Source: Balanoglossus misakiensis
Lineage: Eukaryota > Animalia > Hemichordata
Assembly: GCA_040954595.2 (NCBI GenBank)
Contig: CM082582.2
Coordinates: 11,652,415-11,716,414, forward strand
Direction of reading: 5' to 3'
DNA: 64,000 nt
The notes beneath the pieces were generated by a model. The model was not told the DNA's origin, did no database searches, and saw nothing but the letters and a program-made list of their open reading frames with translations. Below, piece after piece: positions 41,101-53,700 of the stretch. The position numbers and the translations under genes were made by a program. Each line of letters opens with the position of its first letter. The stretch's first letter is position 1.

Positions 41101-44100
41101 AAGACTGCTATAGGAAGTGATCCCGTCATCATGCTCTCGCGCCCCGACACAGACCTCACATCATCCGAAGTTATCAGAGAAATATATGCTCCGGTGTCAA
41201 GGTGCCCACGACCCGGTTGTAAGTTTCATGCGGCGTGAAAGTTTAATGACGTGACACAGTCACCCCGATCCCAAAATATGTACATTTCTAAACATATACG
41301 TTTGATCTCAAACAAACATTGGGGCCATAAATTTCGGCAGTTTGGATAAATTTGATGAGTTTCGGAGATGCCGTATTTACACTCAACAAATAGTCTGGGG
41401 GTGGTCATATATTTCAAAGCTTTACAACTGCACTGAACCCTGTTCTCCGGTGTACATCAACCTTTTTTGGCAAGGAACCCCCCCCCCCCCTTCGCAAACT
41501 TCACCCATGCCCCCGGTAGCGTGTTCTCGTACACGCATGCGTACATTGACTGTCAGGCAACACTCGGCACCGGAAATCCGATTTATTCAATTTAATAAAT
41601 CTGCTGACCCACAAAACTGTTTCCTTTCAGCAAAGTGTTTTTGATGGACTGGCATTAGAAATGCGAAAGCGGTGGAACACAATCTAAAACCGTCAGGAAC
41701 ACAGAATGCAACGGACCGTTATATTGAGTGAGACTTAGCAATTGTTTCCCAAAGGCAAACAAGATAAGACCAACACAAACAAAACTCTGACATGCGCACA
41801 CAATTCCCAAAACTACAGATTCCACAAGAAATAAATCTTTGGAATGTCCTACTTGAGTTCAACGTTTGTTGTTTTCCTCCGAATAGTCAGGAAACCATTA
41901 GTCTAAATCCCACAAAAATGATACGCAGAATGACAGGTCTTAAAATACAAAAAAATCACCCAAAATTACACCCGAGTTTTAAAAAGAATATTAATGAGTA
42001 TCAGCAACATTGGCAACATTTATAACTTTGAAGTACCAAAAAGTCACTTTATGCATCCCACAAAACGCATCGACTGTTTTTTGACCATATAACCGATAAT
42101 CGTCCGTCCATGATTCCTAATAAGACATTTTCCTCTCTAAGCGGAGGAGGCACGCGGAGTTTATTTTATGGAGTGTTTTTAGGAAGAGGTTTACAGTAAC
42201 TCATTTGTATATAAACCTTGTGGTGTTGTTTGGACAACAGGCGGCGTGTGACGTTCCGAGCAATGGCGTTGTTACACTCGCCAGTAGAAATCAATGAACC
42301 TCAATTGTATCCTTTGACAAGCAATTGGTGGCTATTGAATGACCGTGTTCTGGTTACACGGCAAACAGCAGAACGCTGCAAAAATATAATTCGTCCGTTG
42401 TTCGGCCGCCAAGCGTGTTATGACCCTTCGCGCTCCGCTTTCTCTGTAAACTTAATGCGCTTGCCCTCGGCCGCCGTTTGATTGGAGAGGAACCGCTCCA
42501 CCATGCATCGGTGACAGAAGAGAACGGGGTTATTTTTACGGGGAAGGTAACCGAAGTAACCCGAACCAATTGTAGTCACGGCCGGCGACAGGAAACGCTT
42601 CTTAAGAACGGGCATCAGATGAAAGATTCGGCTGTAAGCCGAGGAGAAGGGGACAATCCGATAACCGATTGCAACCAGCTCGCTTTCAGAGACCCCAAGT
42701 CTTTCAAAATCGCCCTCTGTGCATCGTTTCGTCCTACAAGAGTGCATACAAGACTGCGGTTTTGTTGAAGCTCGTTTGACTCATTGAAAGGTGTGTGTTT
42801 AGTACACCGTTGGAGTTTGTCTAAACAAACACCTAGTGTACAATCTGTGACAAAATAAAACAAACAAACAAACAAATGTCTGAACTAAGACACATTTCAG
42901 GAAAAAAGTCACTGCACTGGACATCGCATCGCTGTGTAACGTTACGGTATTGGCTTGATCGCGGCTTCGAACCACTCCTGACTGTTGAGTTTCTAGCGCC
43001 TACTCAGCTTTCATAGCAGCTAATTGCTTGTTTTTAAGGGATAACTAAATTAAAGTAAACGCGATAAATATCGCCGCACAGTGGTTCAATTGCGTGCAAC
43101 GTTACACTGAAGTTGACACAGATTAATATTTGACGAGCGACTTCGGCAAGGCTCCGTTTCAGTTGTCAGTTCGCGGGCAAGAAGGAGGCTGTTTGTTTTA
43201 CTATGATTTGTGCGAACGTGTTGTTTGCCCTGGTAAACCAATTATTTCTTTCGACAAAGATTGGGTTACATTTCATGAAAGCCTATTTCTCAACCCTACC
43301 CCAGCTGTCACTTAAAAACGGCATTAGAAAACAAAAGAGCATCGACACACTCCCGGGGTTCTGTGGGGGCAAAGTTTGGACAAGCGAACACTTTTTTTCG
43401 TTTCAAGAGCGCAAGTGCTGGACAGGCACTTTAAGGACTTGTCACGAAAAAATATGTTCCCTGATGAAAATCATCCATTATTTTGCTTGGATCACCCCAA
43501 GGGTCGATGGTCATAGACACTCAACAGAGAAACAGTATTTGATCCAGTCACTCGTCGAGATTACATCTAATACCACAGGAAAATATCACACTCAAAGCCG
43601 TGAGGGTAATCTCTTGGAAACCAAAGCACCCCAGAAGTTTCTGATTCCATTTGCAAATTGTCAACACGGCCCTTAATGGATCCCTCGCTAACCTTGAGAA
43701 TGTTTGTGTTGTGTTTGAGTGCCCTTTTGTTGAAAAGCTGTCATCCACGGCCGAGAAAGGAAAACTTGGCATTGTTTTTGTCTGTCTGTCCCCGTGGTTG
43801 AAGGTAAACCACAATATTATATCATTCCAGTGAAAGCCCTGCTTCCGACTCTCGCCTCTCTCAGTACTTCGGACCTGGCTGCCCAATGGCCGCAAAAGGG
43901 TAAAATTCATCGCAAAGCTATTGAAATTCTAACGTCGCAAAAATGAGAGAGGGGAGGAAGAGAGAGGGGGAGAATATTCACGTCGTTGAAAAAAAGATGG
44001 AGCATTCACGTGGTGTGTGAGAGAGAGAATGGGGGGGGGGGGAGTGCACGCGGTGACAATGTAATTTCCACGTTTATGTTAACCACAACGAAGATTACTG

Positions 44101-47100
44101 GTATGTCCTTGTCATCTCTGCCTTTTGGGTACAGGAGCTAGTAGCCTACGCCACTCATACTTATCTCCCAATGCCGGGTTAGAAGCTTCTTTGTGGCCGG
44201 CTTTAATCTGATTAGAAAAGTTTATAGTAGCATCCAAATTTGTTGCGAAAGCCAAATAAACAGAAGACGAAGGCTTGGTACACAATGCGTCTCAAGTGTT
44301 TACTTTCATTCAATTGATCGTCCAGCCAGCGCTGAGCGGACCCAAACACTTAGGCGCATTTCTCACGAATATTAGGCGGTTTCCTTTTTGGCTATGCACT
44401 ACTGCCTGGCCATTTTTGTGCGTTTCCTTCGCCAAATATTGCCATATTAAGTTTCTGCATACTCGACAATTGAAAAGGAGAAAAAAGGAACACTCTTCAC
44501 ACCTCGCATACTGGCTATTTAGTCATCCATGAAGAAAGTTTTGCAACTGTTTTGAACATGGCAAGTGGGTGACATAGACGCGTCCTGTTATTTATTATTT
44601 CATACCTCTATAATGTTATTAAGTTCCGTCGTTTGTCTAAATATAAGATACCTTTTAATGGCCGTGTCAGGTCCCCACGTCATCGCAAGGAAATTCGCTT
44701 GTGTTTACTTTTGAGTTAATTGTGATGTCTGCGACTGAAAATCCCCGTGTGCGGTCCGTGGAGATGAGAAAGTTAAAATGCGAAACGTGTGTTTCAGAAG
44801 GCTCTTCTCTAATAGGTTGTCTAGGATCCCAGCCACATTCTCGTCGTTTCATCAAGGGCAAACTGAAGAGAACGAGGCCAGCTGAAAATATGGACTCAAC
44901 GTTTGTTCAGAGCCTATCTTCCATTCGTATTTCTTTGAAAGTAAAGAGTAATATGCTGTCGTTTGGCCGTGTCGATGCATCTCAGTCAGCTGTTTCGGAA
45001 CCAGGTATGGTTCCAGCTGAGCGTTTTTCGCCAAAACGCCCTCGCTATTGAGGACGCCGTTATCAGGGAATCTGCCATCCAAGCTTTTAGTAATGGTACC
45101 TCCCGGGCATGGACGTCCCCCGCTTTATCTGTCCCCCCAAAATTCGATCCAGCCCGCATGCTTCGCTAGCCTACAGTTATTTGCAGGCAACCAAAGGTAG
45201 CACTCATAGGGGCGATAAGATGACAAAATTCTGTGCACATTTGTGCGTCGGGGGTCTGCCAGACAGAAGAGGAACTGCCTTGGGCCACCCGGGTCAGAGG
45301 TCAGGTCAGAGGTGAGATCGAAATGGCTCCCTTGTTGTGGTGCAAAGGCAGGGGACGGGGTACTCTTCAGTTCCGAAGTATGTGATAAACAAACATTTAC
45401 AATTAAGCCTGGATAATTGGCAGCTGTCAGGAGGGGGGCAATTTTCCTCGATTGTTTGATACAATTAAGGTAGAATTTAGCCTCTAAAAGCGCGTTTACG
45501 TCCCCCTCCCTCGGGGCTTGTCTCTGGCGCACCCCTGACATTACTTGGCAGTCGCAGAATAGCAGTTCACGTTGAAAACGCGTCTTAGAACACAGAACAT
45601 CTTAGTGGTGGTATCCCTACACTCGATCGCATAAGTTTTAAAAAATTGACAGTTTACTTTTGTACGAAATTGCGATGTCAAAATCATTTAAATCAGTAAT
45701 ATTAACATTATTTATCTATTAGACTTCTGCACTTACAGTTACAGACTAGTCAACCCAAATTACTACCCAGTTTTACTGTCCCTGCTTTTTGGTAAATATT
45801 GCTTGAAAAGTGGGCCCAGTTGGGAGGGATGTGGGGGGGGCACATATTTGTGCCCGTACCTGACTATGTCTGTCTGTCACTTTCTCTGTCTCTCTCATTT
45901 TCCTCTCACTTTTTTCACATAGAACCCAGTCGCTATGAAAGATATCACCTGTCAAACAACTCCACTTAACAGAACGAATGAAATTCAAGTTTATCCATCC
46001 CGTATGGCCCTCCCACTGATCGACATGCCTCTGGCAATGTGATCTCACCATTAAAACAGGCACGCAGACAGTTGTTATGGGTATGGATTGCACTTGTCCG
46101 AGTGAGATAGCAGGCATGGTGTCAGAGCGAGGAATATATCATTGAGTCGGCAGTTTTTCCCAGTTTTTAAAATTATAGTTTTAAGGGTGGGGAAAACGCC
46201 TCGAAATAGGACCTAGATGTCTTCCTCAAAAGTTCTCGACTGCTGTCATATTCGTTTGCTGTTTTGACCAATGGTCAATATTTTCTTTGCGAGGCAAGTG
46301 CGGCAATAAGAAATCACTTGACGCGTACTTAGACTGACTACTGCCAATGTTTTGGGTGAAAATCTGCGATGACTACTTAAGTGATATTTCGCAGTGCGTT
46401 GCTATGGTAAAGGCGCATCACGTGACTTATGTGGTAAATTAAATTTGACATGGGAGTACCCCTTTCCACTATCAGAACATCAAAATTGGCTATTATAATA
46501 CAATTGAACTCATTTGAACTCAATGGCCTGCCCTCATGATTATGTTGATTTTGTTCTAATCGGCGCTGTCATATACTAACGCAAGATATTTATTGATGAT
46601 AATGACTTAATTACTCAGGGCCTAATCAAATAAATTTGATGCATGGCTAATCGCTCTGCAGTCATTAAATTGATTTACTGTCTGATTAAGACTTATCAAT
46701 TGCGATAATTGGCGTCGAGTATATTCTGTCAGCGGGTCTTAAGACGTAGATAACCCCCGTGAATTTCCCATACTGTAAAATGCAGCGGCCCACATGCGGT
46801 CATGTCACGTTATAAAACTGAGAATTATTGAAGAACCGCGTGTATACGTATTTGAATCATAAAGTTTGTGATGTTTGCGGTCTACAATCGGGAAGTCGGC
46901 CCGCAGATGGAAATTGAAGGAACTATAAACGAGATCTAATCGGATGCAGCGGCTACCGGATCCCTAACACCCGGCATTACACGCATAGCAAGGGGTAGCA
47001 CTAATAGCCGGCTTTAGAGTGACCCCGTCCTGAACCTTTCGCATCGCTGGCCCGTGTTTCCCATTAAAGTGCCGCTGAATGACGTTTCAGATATTCCGGC

Positions 47101-48486
47101 CACCCATCTAGCGAGCGGCGGGGCCTGGAGATTGGATCGCGCAGACAAGACGCGTCAGATGGACCGCGGGACTGCTTCTGTGTGCCACCGATCCTTGGCA
47201 ACGGGAGAAGAGATTTATGATTTGTCAGAGAGTGGCCTGGGTGATGCGAACTGCTCCAGTAATCAGCTCCTGTGTCAGCAGACATCGAGATGACACGGAC
47301 GTAACTAGGCTCGTGATTGATGGCGGGTAAAACGACTTGGTGGGAATCTGAGTAATTTTGATGCGTTGCCATGACAGCAGTAACCTGTTACCCAGATGAA
47401 TATTCACTCTATTAACATTTTGGATGCAATTTGGTGATGTCTCCCTCTCTCTCGACAACAGGTTCACAGGTTCTACGTTTTCATGTGCATCATATCACAA
47501 CACACATACGCTTTAGATCTTGTTAAACGAATTTAGTAGACTTTGCCGTGACTTACTCTGATGACGAATTCAGTTTGACTGGTTCCTGACTACCTACCGC
47601 AACGTAGGAACACACGAAGTTAAATGCGATGTTTATTTGAAAAACACCGCGTCCAATAACAAACAAACGGGTCGAAAATTACGACAGACGGCCTTATCAA
47701 ATTGGCAATATTGGGGTGAATCTGACGTAAATATTTGATCAGCGAGAGTGATTTCAATTGATAAAAGATATGATATGATAAGTCATGGCCGTGACAGTGC
47801 GTCGACTTTGACCTCAATCGACTTTCACCACATCCTGTGTCACAAAACATCTTTGTTCGTCTCCCGGGGAATGTTTTCGGGGGTTTCTTCGATTTGTTGA
47901 ATATTTTGATTGTCCCGAGCTTGCGCGCAAAGTGGCCGTTTACGACAACATTGCTAAAAAGGCTAAATGTTGGCGTAAACAAACAGGCGTATTTCTAAAT
48001 CTGGGGATTGGGTATTGAGCGAAGTCTTGGAGCGATGGAACAGCTGGGAAACGTCACTGAGCCAGGCTGTCGTGGTTGCTAGGATACCAGGAAAGCCAAT
48101 GGGACAATCGTTCTCCAGCTCACGTCATACACTGTTCGTCGAGGGTCTCTTTCTCTCTCTCAATCCACTCACGAACACACATTACAAATTACAGGATGTC
48201 TGTAATCCAAATGAAAGGTTTCAGTTTGTCCCCTTACTATGAAATTGGAAAAAAATGCCACATAACACCAAGACAACAATCAACATGTTCCTCTTCAGCT
48301 CACCATAATAATGGAAGCTCACTGACCTTTGACCTGTACTAGCTCAGTCTATGTAATTTAACATGGCAGACCTCTATGTGAGCAAATGCCCATATATGGA
48401 TGACAAGGACGGTAGACTATATGAGCCCACCAAAATGTTCACAAGAATGATTGCGCACGTAACACAAATTTCCCCATATTGCGTTT

Positions 48487-48492
48487 TTTATT
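48487..48492 (-). terminator. Candidate GMDS polyadenylation signal
   Basis: AATAAA on the minus strand with a tttgtgtt element about 20 nt downstream, close to the CpG-density transition. An alternative AATAAA lies at 49042-49047. Confidence 0.3.
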
Positions 48493-50309
48493 GGATAATT
48501 ACGTTGGTCCACTGTATTTTGAATACACAAAGAAAAGACACCCTCAACCACATTTGAAAAATCCCGAACCAATTAACCAGAAAAGTAAGGCAGAAGCTAC
48601 GAAGGGTCATTCCCGACACTATACGCTTTGGCTCAGCCATGATTGAAACTCTGCTTCTCCGACTGACACTACCTCACAGATAGCACAGGGCAATTAAACC
48701 GTTTGCAACCAGCACCAGAGCAATAAATAAGCATCCACAAATACATAGCCTTGTGGCTTAACCATGACCACATCTTGAATAAATAGGATATACACTAGGC
48801 TTACAAAAATAATGAAGAGCTGCACCAGAAAAATAAAATAACTATCAAGAAAGGAAGATCCAGTTTTCTGGCTGGAATAAATATTTCATGCTCGTGTCAG
48901 AAAGGTTCTTTCTTAGTTACACGAAATACGGAAATATTTTAGGTTGAACATTTCTTTAAGTATTACATAACATGAAAAAAATATCTCAAATGCAACTTGT
49001 CTTTCAAGGTTTTCTTTTGTGTGCAATCTACAGTTGCTTGTTTTATTCCCTAAAACATATTGAAATGCCCAAATCCACTGTTTTCTATGGTGGGTTGGAC
49101 TATTGTGACCACAAGAGCTTACTATCGAGCGACTTCAAAATGCACAATTTCCCCATTCTCAACTAAATAATTAATTAATTATACATCTGTTTCATGACCT
49201 GAGTACCCGATTGGAATTTTAAGAAAAAGATGCATGTTCTCTGTCCACAATTTACACCAATCCAGGCCAGAGAACTAAGGCACAATTTACACATTTGAGA
49301 GGAGAGGGTAGTTATGAGAGCAAGTCAAGACATTCCTTCAGCAACTTGAATACTGTATCTGTCGTTTGATACTTCAAAGTTATGAAAATTTCTCTTCAGT
49401 GACCTGTCAGAGAAAGGGCTTCCCGAACAAATAAACACCATTCACCGGGCAACGAAAACACATGTTTCAGAATATCTAGGGCCAAAGCTGTGTTGAAATC
49501 CCAAACATGGCTATTTCAACAAAAACACAGGCCTCGAAACCAATGTCTTGATAGGGTTGAAATACCACTAACACACTTAGTTATGGGCATATTATTTGAC
49601 AACTTGGTTGGTTGAGAGGCAAGACTTCGTAAGTAGCAAAAGCTTGGATGTTGGCTGGTGGACTGAAGTCAAAACCAAGATTCTGCCGACCAAACAGCGG
49701 TCAGCTTGACCTTCCAAGCACACTTGGCAAAAACAAGCACTGGAACCTATCCAAAAATTATAATTTTTTTCACTTATAATTTTACCATGATTTCTGAAAT
49801 ATATGCCTGCTTTGAACTCATACCCCTCATGACCTCTGACATCATTCAGAAGTTTTGTTTTGAGTCGAGTTCAAAGGGTAAACATATCTAGTTACTTCTT
49901 TTTTAAATGATTTGTAAATCATACAAAAAAATGACTGATCCAATTTTGATTCCATTCAGGCAATTACCAAAATCACCAAATCCGTATTGCACTGTGAATT
50001 GCGATGAACTCCCATAAAACCACTTGCAATGGAAAGCAGGCAGATTTGTACAGAGGCAAATGTCACAGAAAGGACATTTGAACATTTCAAAGGAAAAAGC
50101 GACTGTATCAAATTTCAATTCCAATGCACCTTAAATAAAAATGTTTCAAAGGATGCTACAGTACCCCCAACTGGCAAAACAGGTTTTGAAACTTAAGATA
50201 AAAACTAAAAAAAAGTCAAGTAGAAGTTGACATGGACAGTTAGAAGATTTGCAATAAATCTCCCAATATCGTTGCTTCTGCTGCTGTCAGGTTCTTAAAG
50301 ACACATTGT

Positions 50310-50372
50310 TTATGCTTTAGGATTCTCCTTCATGAGATCTATGTCACACTGAACCATTTCTTCGACCAAGCC
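50310..50372 (-). CDS. GMDS: GDP-mannose 4,6-dehydratase, last coding exon including stop codon
   Basis: Polypyrimidine tract plus ccacag acceptor. Translates GLVEEMVQCDIDLMKENPKA*, matching the GMDS C-terminus ELVREMVHADVELMRTNPNA. Confidence 0.93.
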   Translation of the reverse strand, partial: GLVEEMVQCDIDLMKENPKA

Positions 50373-50631
50373 CTGTGGAAGAAGGTACAGGACAGAAGAG
50401 ATTTGAATTAGAATTTGGATAATTCGCCATGTTGTGTTCCCTGTGTTAGTTGACGTATTTCCAGAGTTCAAGAACCAAATGACAGATTCCACCACCAATT
50501 TGTAGGAGAACTCCACTAAAGCTGACTGGCATAGACCACAACTGCCAGGCTCCAAAATGGCTGTAGATCTTACTGAAGTTCACACGCAGTAACTGAATTT
50601 ACGAGCGACGGAATAGATAAGGTCAATGTAC

Positions 50632-50700
50632 CTTAAAATCTGTCTTCAGCTTCCAGCCAAGTTTTGTTTGTGCTTTGGTGCTGTCGCCAAGGAGAAAATC
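50632..50700 (-). CDS. GMDS: GDP-mannose 4,6-dehydratase, penultimate coding exon (69 bp)
   Basis: ctgcag acceptor and gtacat donor. Translates DFLLGDSTKAQTKLGWKLKTDFK, matching GMDS DFLQGDCTKAKQKLNWKP. Phase 0 on both sides. Confidence 0.93.
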
Positions 50701-53700
50701 CTGCAGGTGAAGATACCAATACGATATTAGCCCTGAGGGAAGTGATCTTGCTTCTCCTCATTCAGGTGAAGAGGTTTTAGAGAACCCACTTACTCCCCAA
50801 CTGCTACAAACTTTGTTCTTCCTCTGACATCTGCCTCGAAACGTTGATCAAAGTTTGCGTTGTCAAGGCACATGCACAGGAGGATCAGTGATTTGTGCTT
50901 GGGAGGAGGGAGAGGGGAGGGGGAGAAAGGGGTATCAAAATCCACCAAAACACATGTGTGGTATATGCATCGTTCTCAAGATTTCGAACTACATGTATCA
51001 CACAGAGACCTACATCAACTGCAGAATGGTTCTCATCATTCAGCCTGTTGTGTGTAATCTATGTGTGTGCATACATGCATATGTGCACACATGTGTGTAG
51101 GTGTGTGTCTGTGTTTGAGAACTGTGGAAGTATCTCCCTGTTTCAGCTTTCACTCATAGACGATTTCTGCAAATATAATGCTAATGCAAAAGATGAGCTA
51201 CAATACGTCGAATTCCAAAGACATCTGTCACAACCTCCCCAACACCAGGAAGAGATTCCATTGTAAAAAACTTTGAAAAGCTCGACACACCTGAGACAGT
51301 TACTCTGCTCTCACTCCACTGTCTCTTGCGTAACAGAAAAATCGAAAGCAAAACAACTGTCTCTCCAAGTCCAGTATTTTGGTAGCATTTGCGTGTCTAC
51401 TCTAAACACCGGCGAGTAAATATTTCCACCAATACAAAACACAAAGACAAGTAGTCAAATTTAGACAAGCTCGTCTTTTGTTGCTCTCCGTTCGTCAATG
51501 CAATCTCCATGTGTCTGGGAAAATGTGTACCTTCACTGGAAAAAACAATACAGACACAATACTGGAGAGCACTGTGCAACAGTACTTATTTTTTCACTAT
51601 CGAAATTTCAAGTGTGATTTTTTTGGCTGACTGTTTGTATGTTTGCAGACAACACTATTTATACAGAAACGCCCATTGAACAGTGTTGACTGTCTGGAGT
51701 TCCGTTTAATGGCTTGATAATAGCTGCGAATTCTTCATCTATTTTTCGTGTTTTCTTTTCCTTTCCCAAAGCATACCAGTTATTATGGAAGTGAATTCTT
51801 TAGCTGTGGGCTCTGTTTACATGCAGACCACTTGTAAGAAAGAAATATTTTCCGCGGTTTCATTCCAGATAATTCAAAGGTGTCTGCTCGCCTGTCCTTT
51901 GGCATTTTCAAGATGATGAGCCAATTCCTGGGAGCACTATCCCCTGGAATATCTGACCTCTAGGTACATTTATCTTCTCAAACAGACTTTCACATTACAG
52001 TTTCTGATTTTGTGAACAGTTCAACAAATTGGTTTCTGAAAGTGCTCTGAAAGTTTCCAAAACATACCATTCTAAATATACCTACATGGAGATCTTTAGA
52101 CACAGAAAAAACCAGTGCAAACACACAAACCCAATGGCACCAATACACACGACACGCCTTAGTATTTTTCTCGGCGTTGCCATGAAATGCGGAATGCAAA
52201 TATTACAGCAGTTCAGCTGTGTAACCTGACAACAAAACCAGGTTCACCTGGAAATGGTGCACACTGAAAAATGTGACACATTTCCGAGAGTTCTCACACC
52301 GACCAATGAACACAATGCTAACTACGTTACCAAGGATACACAATGACAATACTCCAAGCCTTTGCTTGGCAAAGCCTAGACACAGAGTATGTCAAGCACC
52401 TTTTCTCCTCCATGGAAAGGGTTCTGGCGCACATATTTCTCAACGCCGCATGAGTCAACATTTTCCCACCAAATATTTTGACGGGAAATTGTTCACATTC
52501 TCAGAAGTTGGTAGCAACTTCAGAGTAAACTTCAGTCCAAAAATAGATCACGAAATTGGCAGTCTAAGATAATTACAATGAGAGATTTCTTTCAGGTAGA
52601 ATAAAAGTATGGTATTGGAACTGTTGAAAAGTTGCCGGTGTGTCCGAAAAAATAGGTGTCTCCTCTTACCGGCTACTTGAGCTTATTAGCACCAGTGCAT
52701 GTAAGATTTGGGACACTTTAGGCAGAGGTATTTTGTAACTGTGGTCTTACATTTAGCCCTATATCTTTTCATTTAGGCTTAAAAGTGGAAACATGCAGGT
52801 TTTTTGTTGAAAAGTGATAGTGTGCATGTACCTGAAGAATTCACAATCAATACTCAGGGGCTCATTGTAGTCTTTCCCTCAAATTTTCTGCCTGGTGGCC
52901 GGTTTCGCACAAAGGGAGGTGGAGTAAGTGTTAAGAGCTTGTTTAAAACCAAAAGCTATACAAACTGTTAATTATAGGCTTGGATAAGATCTTAATAGCC
53001 TTAAATGCCAGTCAATGTAAGTTCAGACTCCAGTGTCACCATTTCACACAATGATCAATATCGCCGGTCGAACTTGAGGTATGATGCAGTCTTATGATAC
53101 CAGGGACTTTTGCTATCATAGAAGCAAATCAATGATATCAGAAATTGATTCTCGCACGGAAGCCAATCAATGCGTGTTTGTTTGTTTTGTTTGTCTTTGA
53201 ACAAAGAAGATCATTCTGTATGCCTGGCTGCTTGAAACAGTAGCAACTTGAAAAGTGACAACATGAGCAGGGACAATGACGAGCGAGATTGAGACGTTGA
53301 CAGCCGTAAATGCACCGACACAAACGGGATTACGACAGAATTCTGGAACAAAGAAAATTTGCCGGGGAATTCCATTCGCTCTTGTCAAGAACACGGGTGC
53401 ATAGTTGGAATGCCAATACCAGCAGAAGTGTTGGAATGTGTTTCCAACTTTTCGGCCAAGAGACGCTCATTCTTGCGTTAAAAAACAATAAGGAATCAAG
53501 GAAATGTTATGTGATATGGGGGAAATGCTGTTTTTTCCTGTCTGGTTATGATTCGTTAGAAAGTGGTATTTAGATTTTTTGCAAGATTCAGAGCTATGTG
53601 GTTACTCCAATCAATATACAAAAGTGTTTTAAAACAATGAAATCAATGTACTTAGGCATGTACACTGCGGCCACTGTTTTTCCTTCCTAAGCAACAATTA

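Noticed and set aside
42963-43010. tRNA/SINE-like B box (GGTTCGAAGCC, minus strand) with a weak A box
   Set aside because: No cloverleaf, short A-B spacing and no tail or TSD; at best a decayed SINE head.
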